Position numbers and translations under genes: made by a program. From contig JAYYFI010000016.1 in the NCBI GenBank assembly GCA_036158955.1, forward strand, positions 13,569 to 77,568: a DNA stretch of 64,000 nt. Direction: 5' to 3'. Of the stretch, positions 61,923 through 64,000 are shown one piece after another. The stretch comes from Pseudomonadota bacterium. GTDB lineage: Bacteria; Pseudomonadota; Gammaproteobacteria; Ga0077536. The notes under the pieces are model-generated. The model was not told where the DNA came from. It ran no database searches and worked only from the letters and a program-made list of their open reading frames with translations. Numbering within the stretch: the stretch's first letter is position 1; every line of letters starts with the position of its first letter.

Positions 61923-62828
61923 ATGGTTGAAAAATTTACACAAGTTGAAAAGTGGCTAAGTTCAGCCCAAGAAAGCTACTTTGAGATTATTTCAAGCGTA
62001 GATACAACCGTGGGGGTGGATGATGACAAGTGGACCTCTAATCACGGCGGTTATGGGAGGACGCTGATATTTCAAAATGGTAAGACGATAGAAAAGTTTG
62101 CGGTAAACTTCTCAAGCATCGAAGGCAATAAGCTTCCCCCAGCTGCTTCCAGTAAAAGACCAGACCTTGCGGGGCGCCCTTTCCGAGCCGTTGGTTTGTC
62201 AATCGTTTTTCATCCAACTAATCCTTTCGTGCCTACCGCGCATGAAAATATTCGATTTTTTAGTTCTTCTCTTGACGGAGAAGAAGTATGGTGGTTCGGC
62301 GGTGGTTTCGACCTGACACCCTACTTTGGTTTTAAGGATGATTGTCGAAGATGGCACAAGTCAGCAAAGAATATATGCGAAAAATTTGACCCAAATATTT
62401 ACGATGAGTTTAAAAAGAATTGCGATGAATATTTTATGATCAAACACAGAAATGAGCCTAGAGGGGTTGGAGGACTATTTTTTGATGATTTAAATCGTTG
62501 GCCATTCGACGATTGTTTTGAGTTTACCAAGGCCGTGAATTCTTCTTTTTCAAATGAGTATTTTGCAATTTTTAAAAATCGCAGTAAGCATGAATACAGC
62601 CAGGTTGAGAAAGATTTTCAATTATACCGGAGAGGTAGATATGTCGAATTTAACTTGGTTTATGATAGAGGAACTCTTTTTGGGCTCCAATTTGGTGGTC
62701 GGATTCAATCAATACTTGCTTCACTACCTCCGACAGTATCTTGGCCATATCAAGCAACTAACGCTAACCAATTATTTGAGAAAAAGCTAATGGAGGAATT
62801 TTTAACAGTGAATGATTGGGTGTATTAG
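61923..62828 (+). CDS. hemF: Oxygen-dependent coproporphyrinogen III oxidase
   Basis: HPTNPFVP, WWFGGGFDLTP, RGVGGLFFDD, RRGRYVEFNL.YDRGT.FGL. Confidence 0.96.
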   Translation: MVEKFTQVEKWLSSAQESYFEIISSVDTTVGVDDDKWTSNHGGYGRTLIFQNGKTIEKFAVNFSSIEGNKLPPAASSKRPDLAGRPFRAVGLSIVFHPTNPFVPTAHENIRFFSSSLDGEEVWWFGGGFDLTPYFGFKDDCRRWHKSAKNICEKFDPNIYDEFKKNCDEYFMIKHRNEPRGVGGLFFDDLNRWPFDDCFEFTKAVNSSFSNEYFAIFKNRSKHEYSQVEKDFQLYRRGRYVEFNLVYDRGTLFGLQFGGRIQSILASLPPTVSWPYQATNANQLFEKKLMEEFLTVNDWVY

Positions 62829-62838
62829 TCTTGGTCTT

Positions 62839-63303
62839 TTAGTAAGCGCCAATTTCTAGCCCTGCAGCCAAAGTGCTTCCAAAAAGCCGAGCCTGCTCTA
62901 GATGCAAATCTGTTACAGATCCCACCACTATCAACGGCTCAATTGCCTCTTTCCAGCCTAAAGCATTTGTAATTTTAATAATGCCGTTATAAGCGCCGAT
63001 CCCGCTTGAACCCGCTTTGATAATAATTCCAAATGGCATTCCTCTTTTTTTCTCGATTACATCGTAATAAATATTTTCAAAGAAAACTTTCATTGCACCA
63101 GACATGTAACCAAAGTTTTCTGAAGACCCTAGAATGATTGCATCTGCTTGGAGGACGTCCCTGGAATTTGCAATCAAAGAGTCCGTTGAATATGTTACAA
63201 TAGAGCCTTTAATATCGGCTATCACTTCAATGCAAAGTTTATTCGTTGAACCTGTTCTGGAGTTGGAAACAACCAGTAATTTTTTTTTATATTCATCATT
63301 CAT
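62839..63303 (-). CDS. Flavodoxin-like protein
   Basis: SRTGST FMN loop, ENFGYMSGAMK.FF, AGSSG.G. Confidence 0.75.
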   Translation of the reverse strand: MNDEYKKKLLVVSNSRTGSTNKLCIEVIADIKGSIVTYSTDSLIANSRDVLQADAIILGSSENFGYMSGAMKVFFENIYYDVIEKKRGMPFGIIIKAGSSGIGAYNGIIKITNALGWKEAIEPLIVVGSVTDLHLEQARLFGSTLAAGLEIGAY

Positions 63304-63334
63304 TTTATTTCAACTTTCAAATTAGAGTTAAAAT

Positions 63335-64000
63335 ATGGTAAGAAAAGAGAAACAAACTAAACCCACAATAGCGGATAACGTTGATAAGTATGAACTATAC
63401 GAAGAATCGGTACAATGTGCTGAGGCAGAAATCGACTTTATAGAAGAGCAGTTCTTTAAGCTACGCGGTCGTCATGCTAGAACGTTGAGAGAGGATTTTT
63501 GCGGAACTGCAAGTGTTTGCAAAGAATGGATAAATCGCGATAATAAGAATTATGCGGTTGGGGTGGATATTGATCAAAATGTCTTGGACTGGGGTAATAA
63601 AAAACATTTCTCAAACCTTTCGCAAAGAAAAAAATCAAGAATTAAATTAGTTAGGTCAAATGTCCTTGAAATAAATAACGGTGAGCACGATGTTATTTGT
63701 GCTACTAATTTTAGTTATTGGTATTTCTCTGAAAGAAATATACTGGCAGATTACTTCAAGAACGTTAAAAGAAGTCTCAAGAACGATGGGATGCTAGTTT
63801 TAGATTTTTACGGCGGACATGATGCCACTAAAAAACTAAGCGAGGAAACTAAATACGATGATTTTGTTTACATTTGGGAACAAGCAGACTTTAATCCTAT
63901 AAATAACATGCAACTATGTTATATTCATTTTAAATTTCCAGATGGATCTAAAATAGAAAGAGCATTTACTTATAGCTGGCGACTTTGGTCAATCAAGGAA
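63335..64000 (+). CDS. Class I SAM-dependent methyltransferase (partial, runs off window)
   Basis: Hand translation from ATG 63335 is open to the window end: LYEESVQ, LREDFCGTA, GVDID, NFSY, WEQ..F.P, WRLWS; not in the ORF track. Confidence 0.8.
   Translation, partial: MVRKEKQTKPTIADNVDKYELYEESVQCAEAEIDFIEEQFFKLRGRHARTLREDFCGTASVCKEWINRDNKNYAVGVDIDQNVLDWGNKKHFSNLSQRKKSRIKLVRSNVLEINNGEHDVICATNFSYWYFSERNILADYFKNVKRSLKNDGMLVLDFYGGHDATKKLSEETKYDDFVYIWEQADFNPINNMQLCYIHFKFPDGSKIERAFTYSWRLWSIKE

Overview
AT-rich (roughly 35-38% GC by eye), very compact gammaproteobacterial chromosome segment spanning the replication origin. It carries the core rpmH-rnpA-yidC-mnmE / dnaA-dnaN-recF-gyrB block, with DnaA boxes between dnaA and dnaN and two parS sites inside recF. 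Other content: type IV pilus retraction ATPases (pilT, pilU and a third paralog cut by the window edge), yggS-proC-yggT-metXW, pyrE/xth, coaBC-algC-argB, rpmBG-mutM, M16 peptidase pair-rsmD-coaD-fdx-ggt, ftsYEX-rpoH, an aa3-type cytochrome c oxidase cluster, bioBFCD with a BirA operator, LPS glycosyltransferases, cutA-dsbD-tlpA, aroQ-accBC-prmA-dusB-fis-purHD, hisBH and hemF. I saw no mobile elements, CRISPR arrays, tRNA or rRNA genes. This is housekeeping DNA and I cannot support a new multi-gene system here. The most unusual signals are: (1) an intact ftsE whose ABC catalytic motifs are almost all degenerate; (2) a tandem double CIRCE operator on rpoH; (3) many non-AUG starts, including a probable AUU start for bioF, which lies in frame with bioB; (4) a Bacillus-like oriC unwinding module abutting the dnaN start codon; (5) an unexplained palindrome and RBS hairpin before aroQ-accBC. 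All family assignments come from motif recognition and synteny, not database searches.
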